Shown here: piece after piece, positions 48,733 to 60,373 of the stretch
Layout of the letters: each line of letters starts with the position of its first letter
Numbering within the stretch: the first letter of the stretch is position 1
Assembly (NCBI GenBank): GCA_003693705.1
Contig: RBZT01000620.1
Coordinates: 1 to 64,000 of the forward strand
DNA from: Polymyxa betae A26-41
Lineage: Eukaryota > Protista > Endomyxa: Phytomyxea
Length of the DNA stretch: 64,000 bases
Direction: 5' to 3'
The notes under the pieces: model-generated
Seen by the model: the letters and a program-made list of their open reading frames with translations, nothing else
Database searches by the model: none
Told to the model about the DNA's origin: nothing
Position numbers and translations under genes: made by a program

Positions 48733-50160
48733 CTAGTAGGGCTCGCAAGGCTTTCGGTAGTTATTGCCAGCATAAGCTAAACTGCCAAGTTCTTCTTCGA
48801 TACGAAGGAGCTGGTTGTACTTAGCGATACGTTCAGAGCGACATGGAGCACCAGTCTTAATCTGGCCACAGTTCAGGCCGACAGCCAAATCGGCAATGAA
48901 GCTGTCCTCAGTTTCACCTGAACGATGGGAAGCCATCACTCCCCAGCCGGCTTGCTTGGCTTTCTTGACAGCGGCAATCGATTCCGAAACAGTGCCAATC
49001 TGGTTGACCTTCAAAAGAAGTGCATTACATGACTTCTCCTTAATTGCCTTGTCAATGCGAGTAGGATTGGTAACGAGCAGATCATCTCCGACAATCTGAG
49101 TCCCAGATAGAGTAGAAGTGACACTAGCCCAGGCAGTCCAATCATCTTGATCAAATGGATCTTCAATGCTGACCATAGGATGATTCTTGACAAAATTCTG
49201 GTACACCTTATTAAGCTCAGAAGCTGGCATTTTGCCCTTCCCATCATTGGGTTGTTTCTTAAAACCAATGTCGTAAACCTTCTCTTTATCGTTGTAGAAC
49301 TCAGATGCAGCGACATCCATTGCGAATGCGATCTTTCCTTTATATCCAGCTTTGTCAATAGCTTTTTCGATGAGCGCCAAAGCATCGTCAGAGTTAGCAA
49401 TGTTAGGAGCGAAGCCACCTTCGTCACCAACATTGACAGCATTCTGACCATACTCAGCTTGAATGACTTTCTTCAAGTGATGGTAAACTTCAGTTCCCAT
49501 TTTCATGGCTTCAGCAAATGACTTGGCACCGATTGGGGCAATCATGAATTCCTGCATAGCAAGCTGATTGCCAGCATGCTCACCGCCGTTGATAACATTG
49601 AAAAAAGGGACTGGCATGACCAGAGATCCATTATTTCCAGCTATCTTGGCAATGTAGCGGTAAAGCGGTAACCCAGATGCAGCTGCTCCAGCGCGACACA
49701 CAGATAGAGATACACCAAGAATGGCATTAGCACCTAATTTCTTCTTGCACCAGCCCCATTCATTTTTGGTCCCATCCAGGCTTTCAACCATCTTCGAATA
49801 ATTTAGGAAGGAGAAATACCAAGACAATCTAGCTCACCTTGGTATCAATGCAATTTTGGTCAGTGACGTCCATGCCAATAATGGCCGGGGCGATGATCTT
49901 GTTCACGTTGTCAACTGCTGTTTGAACCCCCTTGCCGTGATAATCTTTGCCACCATCACGAAGCTCCAAAGCCTCATAGATACCGGTGGATGCTCCTGAA
50001 GGAACATCACTGCGAAAGACGCCGTTGTCTGTTGTGATTTCAACTTCAACAGTCTGTTAGATAATGTTGAGTGATTGAGATTGCAAAGACATAGCTGCCA
50101 TACCGGATTGCCTCGGCTGTCAAAGATCTGTCGCGCATGAACACGGATAATGGATGGCAT
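48733..50160 (-). CDS. ENO: Enolase (phosphopyruvate hydratase)
   Basis: [79 protein letters not shown]. Confidence 0.98.
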
Positions 50161-50937
50161 GATAGTTGATATATAGGTTTGAGTTGAAGCAAGGAAATGA
50201 CGTGACTGATGAGACTATGGCGGAGATATATGATCAATTATGTTCTAATAGCTTCTCTGGGAAACACCAACTCGGGCGTTTTTTTGCGACATTCCACCAT
50301 CTGCGAGCAGTGCTCTCGTTCAGAACCTGTCCCTCTGAATTTAAGAGAAAAGCACCCCGCTTCATAACAATCTAACTTGAATTTTTGTTTCTCAAAAGTG
50401 CTGTAAACTTATGACGTGCATTTTGTCATGCTACGATGGCGCAACTAACTTTGGAATTGCCATTTTGTAGCAAAACACATTCCATATCCGTTTTAATTCA
50501 AAGATATTTGCAATGCTTATTGTTAGGTCAAATACAGTTGAAACATATTGTATGGGGTCTCATGAAGCAAGGTCTGGAATTTGTGAATAGGAGCGTTTGA
50601 AGTCTATGATTCACCAGCATTCTCGGATGAATTTGCCGCCAAGCCCCCGGTGGCTGTGACCACATGTTGCCAGAGCAACAATCTAGATCGCGACCCTGAG
50701 TCTTGAAGCGAAATCAGAAACCAAGCAGACACGTCTTAGTTTAGTGTCTGTATGAATGACAGATCAATCTCTAGGGATTAATTTAGGTCATTGACTGCGA
50801 CTTGTATCATTCTCTCCTTATATTGACTCAATATCACATTTGCAATAGCAACGACCTGATTGACCCAGTAGAGTCTCTCGACCCGGCTTGCCGACCCTGT
50901 TTTGGCCTCATTTCATAAGGGAACTTCTCTGGTTGCT

Positions 50938-51728
50938 ATGCGGCTTTTGCTTTCTGTTGTTCGAGGCCGGCCTTGGGTTGCTTATGGCTTGGCTGGACCC
51001 CTAATCGCTCTGATCTTCTTCGGGAAACATGGCTTTCTTGGTGCAATTATATCATTCTGGATGTATGAAACTTTATCAGCGCCGGCTGCCGGCGAGCGTA
51101 ACCGTATCGAGAGATATTTAGGTCTGGATAGTGTTTTTTTTAAATCAAGCATATTTATGTATGTTAGGTGGTATTTCTGTCTCAATTCGCTTCAGAGTTG
51201 GAAGGCTAATGATCCATTTACATCATTGGCTTATGATGATTGTTCTACTCTTTACCATTCTTGCTGTGGAAGAATTTCTGTCGGAAATCATGACGAGGAG
51301 TCTCCTGAAAGCTTTATGTGGTGGCTGTGTTGGTGGAACGGCTCAAGGCCTGCGATACTCTGACCGATTTCTTGTAATTCGCAGACGGCAGCTGAGTCTC
51401 TCTATGGCCAGGTCTGATGATGTCATTATATTTTACGTTTGCTTAAATGTTTTCTAGAAGTGTTAGTAATGCAGAACTGGCATCTGATGTCGAAGAGCTT
51501 ATCATGGTTGATAATAATCAAGAGGACTTCATAGATATAGAGCTGTTCAGCGACGATGATGAGCCTTCGGAATCTACTGAATTCGTTAAGGATGGTGTTC
51601 AATTTCACGTTGACCTTTTTGGAGAGGCTTCTGCTGATGTCACAATTGGCCACCATAATCCCCATCCTATCCGAAGCTTTTCTCAATTGCAATCGGAACC
51701 TTCTTTAGTCGCCAAAATCGAAGGTTAA
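50938..51728 (+). CDS. Hypothetical multi-pass membrane protein with HLHHW motif and acidic tail
   Basis: Three exons give TM segments, SIRFRVGRLMIHLHHWL, GGCVGGTAQGLRYSDRF and an acidic C-terminus. The start is uncertain (an upstream exon is possible). Confidence 0.65.
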
Positions 51729-52178
51729 TTACTGCTTTTCGTCTTTATATTTATGGAAGATGCGCTTTGAACCTGTGAGCCTATTTGTTATGTATCTAAG
51801 GCTAGAGCTATTTGGCTCTGTTCCGTATCATTGTCTTAATCTCAATAAATAATTACTGAATCGTGACATGCCTTGTTGACAATGAATTCCTTTTGTTCAT
51901 GAAGTGCATTGAAGACAACGGTGATACTCTTAATGTGTGCTCCCATTACAGCAGCGTCTGTGGCTACAGAACGTGTTTGATGCAGGTTTTGTCGATGGTC
52001 CTTTCTGGGTAACGACACCAAAAAAATTGCAATAGCGCCTCTCATATAGAGGCGCCCATCGTCAGCGTTCTAAAAATCTGTGATATTAAAAAGGATCGTT
52101 TGGAGAGTCATCAGGAATCTTAATGATTCACTCAACTGGATCTAAGCACAGAGGCCGCCACTCACTTAACCTGAAAAA

Positions 52179-52439
52179 TTGTGGGAAACAGGCAATGGAA
52201 TTGATAAAATGATCTTTACCAAAATTTGTTCACATGTATTAGAATGTTTGAACTTTTTATTTAGAGGTCCTTCTTGTATTGGGTCTACTTACAACAAAGA
52301 CCAACGTTTGTGAGAAACAGGCAATGGAATTGATAAAATGGTCTTTTACCAAAACTGGTTCACATGTATTAGAATGTTTGAACTTTTTATCTAGTGGACC
52401 TTCTTGTACTGGGTCTACTTACAACAAAGACCAACGTTT
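52179..52439. repeat. Direct tandem duplication, ~130-bp unit x2
   Basis: ttgtg(g/a)gaaacaggcaatggaattgataaaatg...gggtctacttacaacaaagaccaacgtt occurs at ~52179-52308 and ~52308-52439 with few substitutions. Confidence 0.9.
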
Positions 52440-53102
52440 AGCAATATTTGTCGTTGCTACAAACCGGCGACATTCAGTATGCTTCTGAAATATCAAATGC
52501 ATCACAGTGAACAGATCCCTTCCGCGTTCAATACTGAACGAAAACTTGCTGCTCAATTTGATCAGCGATTGGCAATCGTGTCGAACTCGTCTAGAGTCCA
52601 ACCTATTACACACGGCTACAGGTTATTTGTAAAACGATGGCCCTCGCCAAAGACTGGTTTAGCACAAAAAGATTTTCTATGAAAAATATAAATTCAAAAG
52701 CAGCTATCCAAGACTTGCATATCAATTAGTTACCTGTTTACCATTCCGTACCCAGTATATTTTGACATTTTGTTTCTACATTACTGTACTCCAACACAGA
52801 CGAGCAGCGACCTCGATTCATAGGTGCGGAACTTTATCAAGTTGATAGGTACGTTTTCTGAGAGATTAGACGGAGAATGATAGATGTAGTGAACCCTGGA
52901 AATTTCAATAGATATGGATATACATTGAATCAGTTGACTCGCTATCTGTAGACAGCTGACTCGTACATGGGATGACGCCTGTCCTTCATGCATCTCTTGA
53001 TGACTCAACTAGATTTCAGATTGTCATGAGGTTATGCTCTCACTCACTGGTCATATTTACATCTAATCTCTAATCTTAACTACTTCTAAACCCAAGACAT
53101 CC

Positions 53103-55546
53103 ATGTCATTACCCCTTCAGCTTATCGTCCTATTACTTCTTCTACCGTTATATCAAGCTACAATCCACTGCTCTGTTCATGGTGACACTCACGTTCTTAT
53201 GTCAGATGGTGCTACCAAATATCAGCATCATAGTGCTGGGCTTTTTCGAGCTTTTGCCACTTCCATGAACACAAAACGGCTCGAAGTTCAATGTGAATTC
53301 ACTGACCGGACTACCATTCAATCTCAGATCGTCGATCCACAGATGTCATCATGCCGTTTGAAAGTCGTTGATACTACTCTGGGCTGTGGTATCGATGTTC
53401 GTCATGGTGGTATTGAACAGCCTGGCGTTGGATCTATTATGGGTCGTGATATGCCATTATCGGCTATGAGCCAGGTCCCATTGAATCCTGCTCTTGGTAT
53501 TTCGATCATCCCATTAACCAACAATGGACTTTCGGTTGAAGTCAATTGGAACGGAACCTTGATTCAAGTTATCATGGGAGACCGATTACTACAAGTTCAT
53601 TCGAATATGATTCAGCAATGTCAAGGCTTATGTGGAACATGCTCTGGATCTCAACAACTTCCAAGCATGGACCCAACAGTCCTCACCAACTTCATTGCTC
53701 AATACGCTGTTCAAGCCAACGCTGCTATTCAACCCGATCAGTCTTGCTCGTCTGCCGCTTCATTCTCTGGAAGATTGCTGTCGGGATCATCGCCGCAGCT
53801 GTTCTTGCAGACATCACAGCAATCGCAACAGTACCCGGTTCCAGGATATCGCCCTTCATCTATCAGCGATGCTCTTTATCAGGCACAGTTTGAATCGCGG
53901 CAAGTTTTAATGCAAGTCTTTCAACAATGCAGCAATAACGACCAAGAACGCCTTCAAGTTGATCCTTGGTTTAACAGCTTCGTTGAGGACTGCATGTACG
54001 ACAAATCTCTTGGTCCAGGTTATGAACCAGCAGCGAAAGCTTCAATGGATGCATATGTGACCTGGACTGAATCATTACTTCGTTGGACCCGTCTTAGCAA
54101 AGCTTTAAGCCAAGCTCCTCTCCTACAAGTCTGTGCAGCTTGTATTCCGGTTGTCTGGACAAACTCTATTCAAACCAACTTAATCCTGACTCCAACTGTC
54201 ACTCAGCGACGAGGATCAATGACGTTCCCATTGCGATATTCCAGTACAGCATCTCAGTATTTGGTCCCAGGGAGATTCGTGCAATCTTATTTTGGTCAAA
54301 ACTCCCTGAACTCCGCTTGGAACTCGCCCATCACTCTATCGCCTTTATCGCAGCTTAACTTGCTTCCATTACCTCAGCAGCTGATCTCCAGCCCGATTGT
54401 TGTTGGCCCCGACAGCAATGATCTTACCGCTGGGCAGCTATCATTCAACCCAATGCCAACCCTATCATCCGGTACATGCTCTGTGTTCGACCAGCAGTCC
54501 TTAATGTCGTATGAACAAATGGCTGGGCAGTATGTCAGCAGTGGTCAACTACAGCAACTTCTTCAATCGGTTCAGCAAGGACGTTATCCCTATCTGGCCT
54601 GTGCATTGACTTGTATGGCTGGACCTATGACATCAACATTCTCATCTATGTCATCGCTGGCTTCATCTATTCAACTGCCCGAGGCTGCTATGTTGTGCCC
54701 ATCTCAACAGTATGCTAACGGGTTCGGTAATGGTGTCATGAACAATGGCCTCTCATCGCCTTTCAACTCGTTTAATGGCATCAACCCTTTGATGAATGGC
54801 ATGAACCTGATTAATGGTATCAACTCGCAGAACTTGCTCAACCCGTTCAACAACCTGAATGGCATTTCAAGTTTTAGTGGCCTCAACGGTCTCAATCTTC
54901 CAAATGGCATTAACAGCTTGCCTCTTAGTAACCAGCCATTGAGCAACATTAATGGTCTGAGTCCTTATATGAACAGTAATGGCATGATTCCGAGTCCTTT
55001 ATTGAACAGTAATGGCATGATCCCGNNNNNNNNNNNNNNNNNNNNNNNNNNNNNNNNNNNNNNNNNNNNNNNNNNNNNNNNNNNNNNNNNNNNNNNNNNN
55101 NNNNNNNNNNNNNNNNNNNNNNNNNNNNNNNNTTACTGAACAGTAATGGCATGATTCCGAGTCCTTTACTGAACAGTAATGGCATGATTCCGAGTCCTTT
55201 ATTGAACAGTAATGGCATGAACCCGCTGATGAACAACATCAATGGAATTAATGGTCTGAACGGCATCAACAATTTGAACTCGATTAACGCCCTGAACCCC
55301 ATCAATATGTTAAATGGAGGTAACAGCCTGAATGGCATCAATGGCTTCAATGGCCTCAACAACCTGAATGGCATCAACACTTTGAATGGAAATGGCCTCA
55401 ACAACCTCAACGGCGTCAACAGTTTGAATGGAATCAATGGCGTCAACAGCCTTACTGCTATCAATGGTATCAACAGCATTACTGGCCAGACATCTGGATT
55501 GCAGGTTCTAGGACAGTCTCCAACACAAAGCTCCTTCATCTTCTAA
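53103..55546 (+). CDS. Secreted VWD-like + C8-like protein with Q/S-rich middle and Asn/Gly/Leu repeat tail (paralogue of 42961-46472); spans an assembly gap
   Basis: Signal MSLPLQLIVLLLLLPLYQA; CSVHGDTHVLMSDG, CQGLCGTC, QCSNND...VDPWFNSFVEDCMYD, VCAACIPVVW; NGIN/NGLN repeats run to the stop at 55546. Confidence 0.8.
54971..55220 (+). repeat. 33-bp coding tandem repeat (NSNGMIPSPLL) flanking N-gap 55026-55132
   Basis: aacagtaatggcatgattccgagtcctttattg units occur on both sides of the gap. Confidence 0.85.
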
Positions 55547-56640
55547 GATGAACTTCTTTATTATTTTTCATTGCATGGATGTAATTTAAATAAAAATCGG
55601 TTAATACCAATTCTTGAGTCTTTCCGAAGAATTAAAATTGTCACTAATACAACTTTGTTGAAAAATAGACGCCTTTAGGACAGTCGTTTATCTTGTCATT
55701 ATCTGCACAAAACTGAGATTTATTGGCTAAAAATGCCACATTTCAGCAGTAATACTAGAAATGGCATTCGGAATGTCGATAAAGTTCAACAAGTATAGAG
55801 TAAGTTCATAGCAGTTGGAATATTTATGTCATCGAAGTTGATTAACATCAGGATATGCGACCTTCATAGTTGGAATTTGCAGCTGTAAAAACTTAAAGGA
55901 AATAGCAAAAGTCTTGCTAATATCAATGGTATAAACACATGTACACAACAGAACCTAGGAATTAGAAAACCGCCTGATTTGGTGCTATTTGCCAGACTGA
56001 TTCTAAAACAACAAAATATTTGATTGTTGCTACAATCCAGTCTAACCAGAGAACAAGCACTCTGACTGTCCCAATGCTGCAATTGCCTTCTAAACATTTG
56101 GTCCTGAATGAGACAACACTGCCAGCTAATAAAAAGACGTCAATTCATGAAAACTGTTGCTGAGCGACATATAAAGAAATGGAGATTGGACATGCCTTAC
56201 CAACGTGCGCCGAAGTATTGAGATAATTGGAGTGCAAAGGCGGTTAGATCATGATAGAGTACAAACAGGATTGTTTGCAATTGCACTATTAAGTACTGTA
56301 GCTAGCGCCTAGCAGCTTCACAAACATCTCTTCTCATAATGACCTTTATGGATTGGATTGTAAACTGGCTTTGACAGAATGTATCCAGAAAGTATCCTGT
56401 CCATTACCTGGTAAACAATCCTTCTCTGCTGATAGACACAAGGTAGTTTCAGCCTGGATACAGCCGACAGCGTCCATTGTATGCCTTATTAGATGAATAT
56501 TGAAAGTAGGTTATGGGCAATATTGCAAATACATTACTGTACTTATAAACATGAATAGATAGAGGTAGAAAGAGAAACGAGTCTTATTTATATTCATAGG
56601 AGTAAAGCATCTAATACCGGACATTAGAGAGAGAAGGACA

Positions 56641-56666
56641 AGAGAGAGAGAGAGAGAGAGAGAGAG
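56641..56666. repeat. (AG)n microsatellite
   Basis: agagagagag... about 13 units upstream of TTC38. Confidence 0.9.
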
Positions 56667-56720
56667 TCTTATTGATATTGTTATCGGTCTTCATATTCAC
56701 ATCAATGCGTTTATATCAAA

Positions 56721-58607
56721 ATGTTGCCATGCTATTGCTCTGATGATCGATTTCAGCATTCTCTTCTGCTGCAGTTTTGTACAACACTGTATCTCAATTT
56801 CGATATCGCTCAAGCAATTAAACATGCTCATCCCCTTAAATTTCAATGCCCTATGATGGCTGTTTTCGTATCTGTAAGCTATATCTTTGTTATGGGCATT
56901 CGAAATATTTTCTCTTTAATTTGCTGCAGTACAATTGACGTATTCTATATTTCTATAACTTTTTGGAGTCGTTTTCCACACACCACTTTACGTTCATGCT
57001 TAATTAGGCACTAACGATCTATTTCGAAGCAAGAGATACTAATGTAATAATAATCTGATAAACAGGGCATATGTGCTCTGGGTGGTCAGCAACTAGATTC
57101 AAATTCTGATCTGACAGCAATCCTTCATTCTACATCCGAATCTGACATCCATCCCATCATCGAGCATCATAAAAGAGCCATAGACCATTATCGTCAACAT
57201 CGACGTCGGCTTGCCATTCAGTCCTGGCTAGAAGTGCTGGCTCACAACCCTGCTGATCTACTGGCTCTGAAATTCCTCACCACAGCTTGCTTCTTCATTG
57301 GAGATGCTGATACGATGGTTGAAGTATGCCAGTCTTCAGTAGAATATATTCCAAGTTCAGATAGACATCATGTATGGGCTATGTTAGCCTTTGCCCTGGT
57401 TGAGAAAGGCGACGCCACCACGGCTGAGAAATATGCTTCTCGTGCATTAAATCGATGTTGTCATTCACCATGGTCTGTTCATGCTCTATGTCATGTTTAT
57501 TTAGAGCAGGGTCGTATTACAGGTTTGTTCTTTCTGAATACTTGCTCTCACACTTTTTTTCGATTCTCGCTTCAATCCTAAACTACTTCATCTTGAGATG
57601 AATTCTGCCTAGCCTGTGAAAGTGCCAGGTTTAACGAGTTTGAACAATTTTCTTCATTGATGTTTCAGCAATTAATTTACACAGATTTGCTGCCTTAATT
57701 GAGACAATGTTTGAAACAAGTCAGACGTGGAATTTTGCTTAGTCATTTCTTTAGATTAATTGCACGGTTGAATGGAGTTTAGGTTTTTGCAATAAAGTTT
57801 TGAGCGGCTCCACCTCGTCTAGCTTTTAATGCTGACTGTTTTCTAACAGAAGGCTTGGAATTATTAACTGGAAATGATCAACAATGGCGCCATCATGAAG
57901 ATCTATCATGTCATATATATTGGCATTGGGCTATATTTAGTTTATATTATGATAATTTTACTGAAGCTCTTGCCATTTATGATCAGGAAGTATTTCCTCG
58001 TGTACTGAAGTCTGCTGGATTCCCGATGGATGTTTCCGATGCTGTTTCTCTACTAATTCGTTTCGATATGGTCGATGTGAACATGGGAGCTCGCTGGACA
58101 GCCTTGAAAGAAGCCATTGGTCATGAAATACCCCATTTCTTGACCTATCCGTTCACTGCATCACATTTCTTCATTCTATCGTATCGAATCTGTGCCCAAT
58201 CTACCGTTGAAAATTTACCCACAGCACTTGATCAAGAACCAAGCAACATATTGACATTGTTTTATTCGGGATTGCAGGCATACATGCACAGGAATTTTGA
58301 AGCAGCGTTTGATAATTTGTTTGCTGTCTTGTCCAGATTACGATGTGTTGGAGGCAGTAATGCACAACGAGACGTCTTTGTGTTGATTTGTATTGATGCG
58401 GCAATGAAATGTGAGAAAGAGCATCTGGCGTTAAGGTTGTTAACTATTCGTACCCCAATCTCAGTTCAGAACAAACTACGAGCTTCTGCATCTTCACGTC
58501 TTAGGCATGACCCCCATCTGGATTATCTTATAATTCCGCCGTCTTCTTCATCTATTGAAGTTGGTGCATTTCGATATAAACTCTCGCAGGACCTTTCAGA
58601 AGAATAG
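56721..58607 (+). CDS. TTC38: Tetratricopeptide repeat protein 38-like
   Basis: HNPADLLALK, AMLAFALVEKGD..AE..A.RAL, PWSVHALCHV, CHIYWHWAIF, DAVSLLIR, VGGSNAQRDVF; start uncertain. Confidence 0.85.
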
Positions 58608-58735
58608 ATTGATTCGCTATACGACGGGACATTTCTTTCTTGATCATCTGTGTCGCATTGCATCCTGTTGGCTTCGTTTACACGCTGTAATGTCTTTAAT
58701 TAAATTAGATTGATGTATTAAATATATTACAAAAT

Positions 58736-60258
58736 TTAGACAGTCATTATGAAGCAAGCGATTGAGAGCGCTGCAAAAGTCCATGTTGATAATGATGAGG
58801 TCATAAATGCATGAGATGTGACATCTTGACATTTCGTTGAGCTCGCATCATCTCCTACATTCTGTAATGTCAATGCATTGCCAATCGATTCCACAATTTT
58901 ATCATGTCCAGCATCATCAACACCGCAGATCTTATCTGGGAAAATAGCTCCAAGGCAGACATCATACAGGATTAGACTAACATCAGCCAAACAGCCGGAT
59001 TGAACAACATCGCTGATGAGAGAGTTGTAGAATAGAACCAGATAAGCATTGACATCGGCCATGCGATCAGTAGGTAGACCACGAGATAACAGATTCAGGG
59101 CCAGCTGTATTGTAATACGAGCACGATCGGCATCGCTGAAAACGGCATAAAACTGGGTCAGGTTTGCTGTTCGAATCTCGATCGCCGCTATGAGAACAGA
59201 TCAGATCACAGTCATCAATATATAGAAAGAAACTCGAAACTAAAACCGCATAACCAGATAATGAATGTGATATTACCGAGAAGGAATGCGATTTGTCTGG
59301 TATTGAGCTGATCAATACCGTTTATCATTAGAGCACCAATAAGTCCATCATAATTAGCATCAACTATTGACAGGTTTACAGTAGAGAAATATGATCGGAA
59401 TAGGTCCCGGCTCAGAGCTCCGAATAAATCCACACTAATCGCCTCCGTAACATTACTCAAGTTGGAAATTTCGGTAGCGTTAGTCGAGATCATGTTACTG
59501 CTAGTAGGGATAGTCGAGTTCACGTTACTGCTAGTAACTGGACATGAAATATCACTGGGAACCTGAACATTGGTGACATTCAAGGCATCCAAAGCCCCAT
59601 TGACGGCAATGAGAAGATCACGACGGTCGTTCTGGCCATCATGGCTACATAGCCATGGGTTCAGGATATTCACACATGTTGGAAATTGATCCAGATTGTC
59701 ACTGGTCAGCGACATACATTCGGTATTGGTCCATGCAACAACTGAAGCTAAGTACGAATATAGGAGGCGATCAGCAATTAGATCAGGTTCAACCTCAATA
59801 GATCTCAAACATGGCAATGATGAACGTAGGACTGAGTCCACATCCGCGTAATTACATTGATAGGCGATCATCAGCGCCGATCGTGGATAGAAATGTCGGG
59901 TATCGTTCTGGGTCCGATTACTGCACAATTGATCATATTGGTTGGAGCAGGTTCCAGTATCAGCACATCGTGCTTGATGACGACGTAAGTTCTCAGTGTT
60001 GTGGCGGACGATGCCGAGAAAAGCGGCCAGCTGAGTTCGTGTGAACGTGACATTGAGAAGAGAGATCGCACGGTTCAGGGCAGCGTAGTTGGCATCGATA
60101 TCGGCCGGGGAGTCGGTGAAGACAGCCATGAAGTCGTCATGATCGATGCCAATAGAGTTATTAGATGGAATAAGACAATTGCAGTCAGCAGTAGCTGATA
60201 GCATCATAATAACGAGTATAGATGTAATCAATGTAAGCATTGATCGCATCACGATCAT
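58736..60258 (-). CDS. Secreted, probably GPI-anchored protein with two GH19 chitinase/lysozyme-like domains, catalytic Glu absent
   Basis: Signal peptide; QLAAFLGIVRHNT (GH19 AAFL..xxHET), FYPRSALMIAYQCNY (YYGRGxIQLxxxxNY). A second repeat DANYDGL...NTRQIAFLLA follows. Intron 59188-59276; hydrophobic C-terminus WTFAALSIACFIMTV. Confidence 0.7.
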
Positions 60259-60373
60259 CAGGGGTTTAGATATAATTTAGAGTTTTGAAGATAGACATAA
60301 GACAATGAGAGTAGAGCATGACCTGAGAACATATTGAGTCAACTGGGATGTATGTTGATGGGTCAGCATGACG

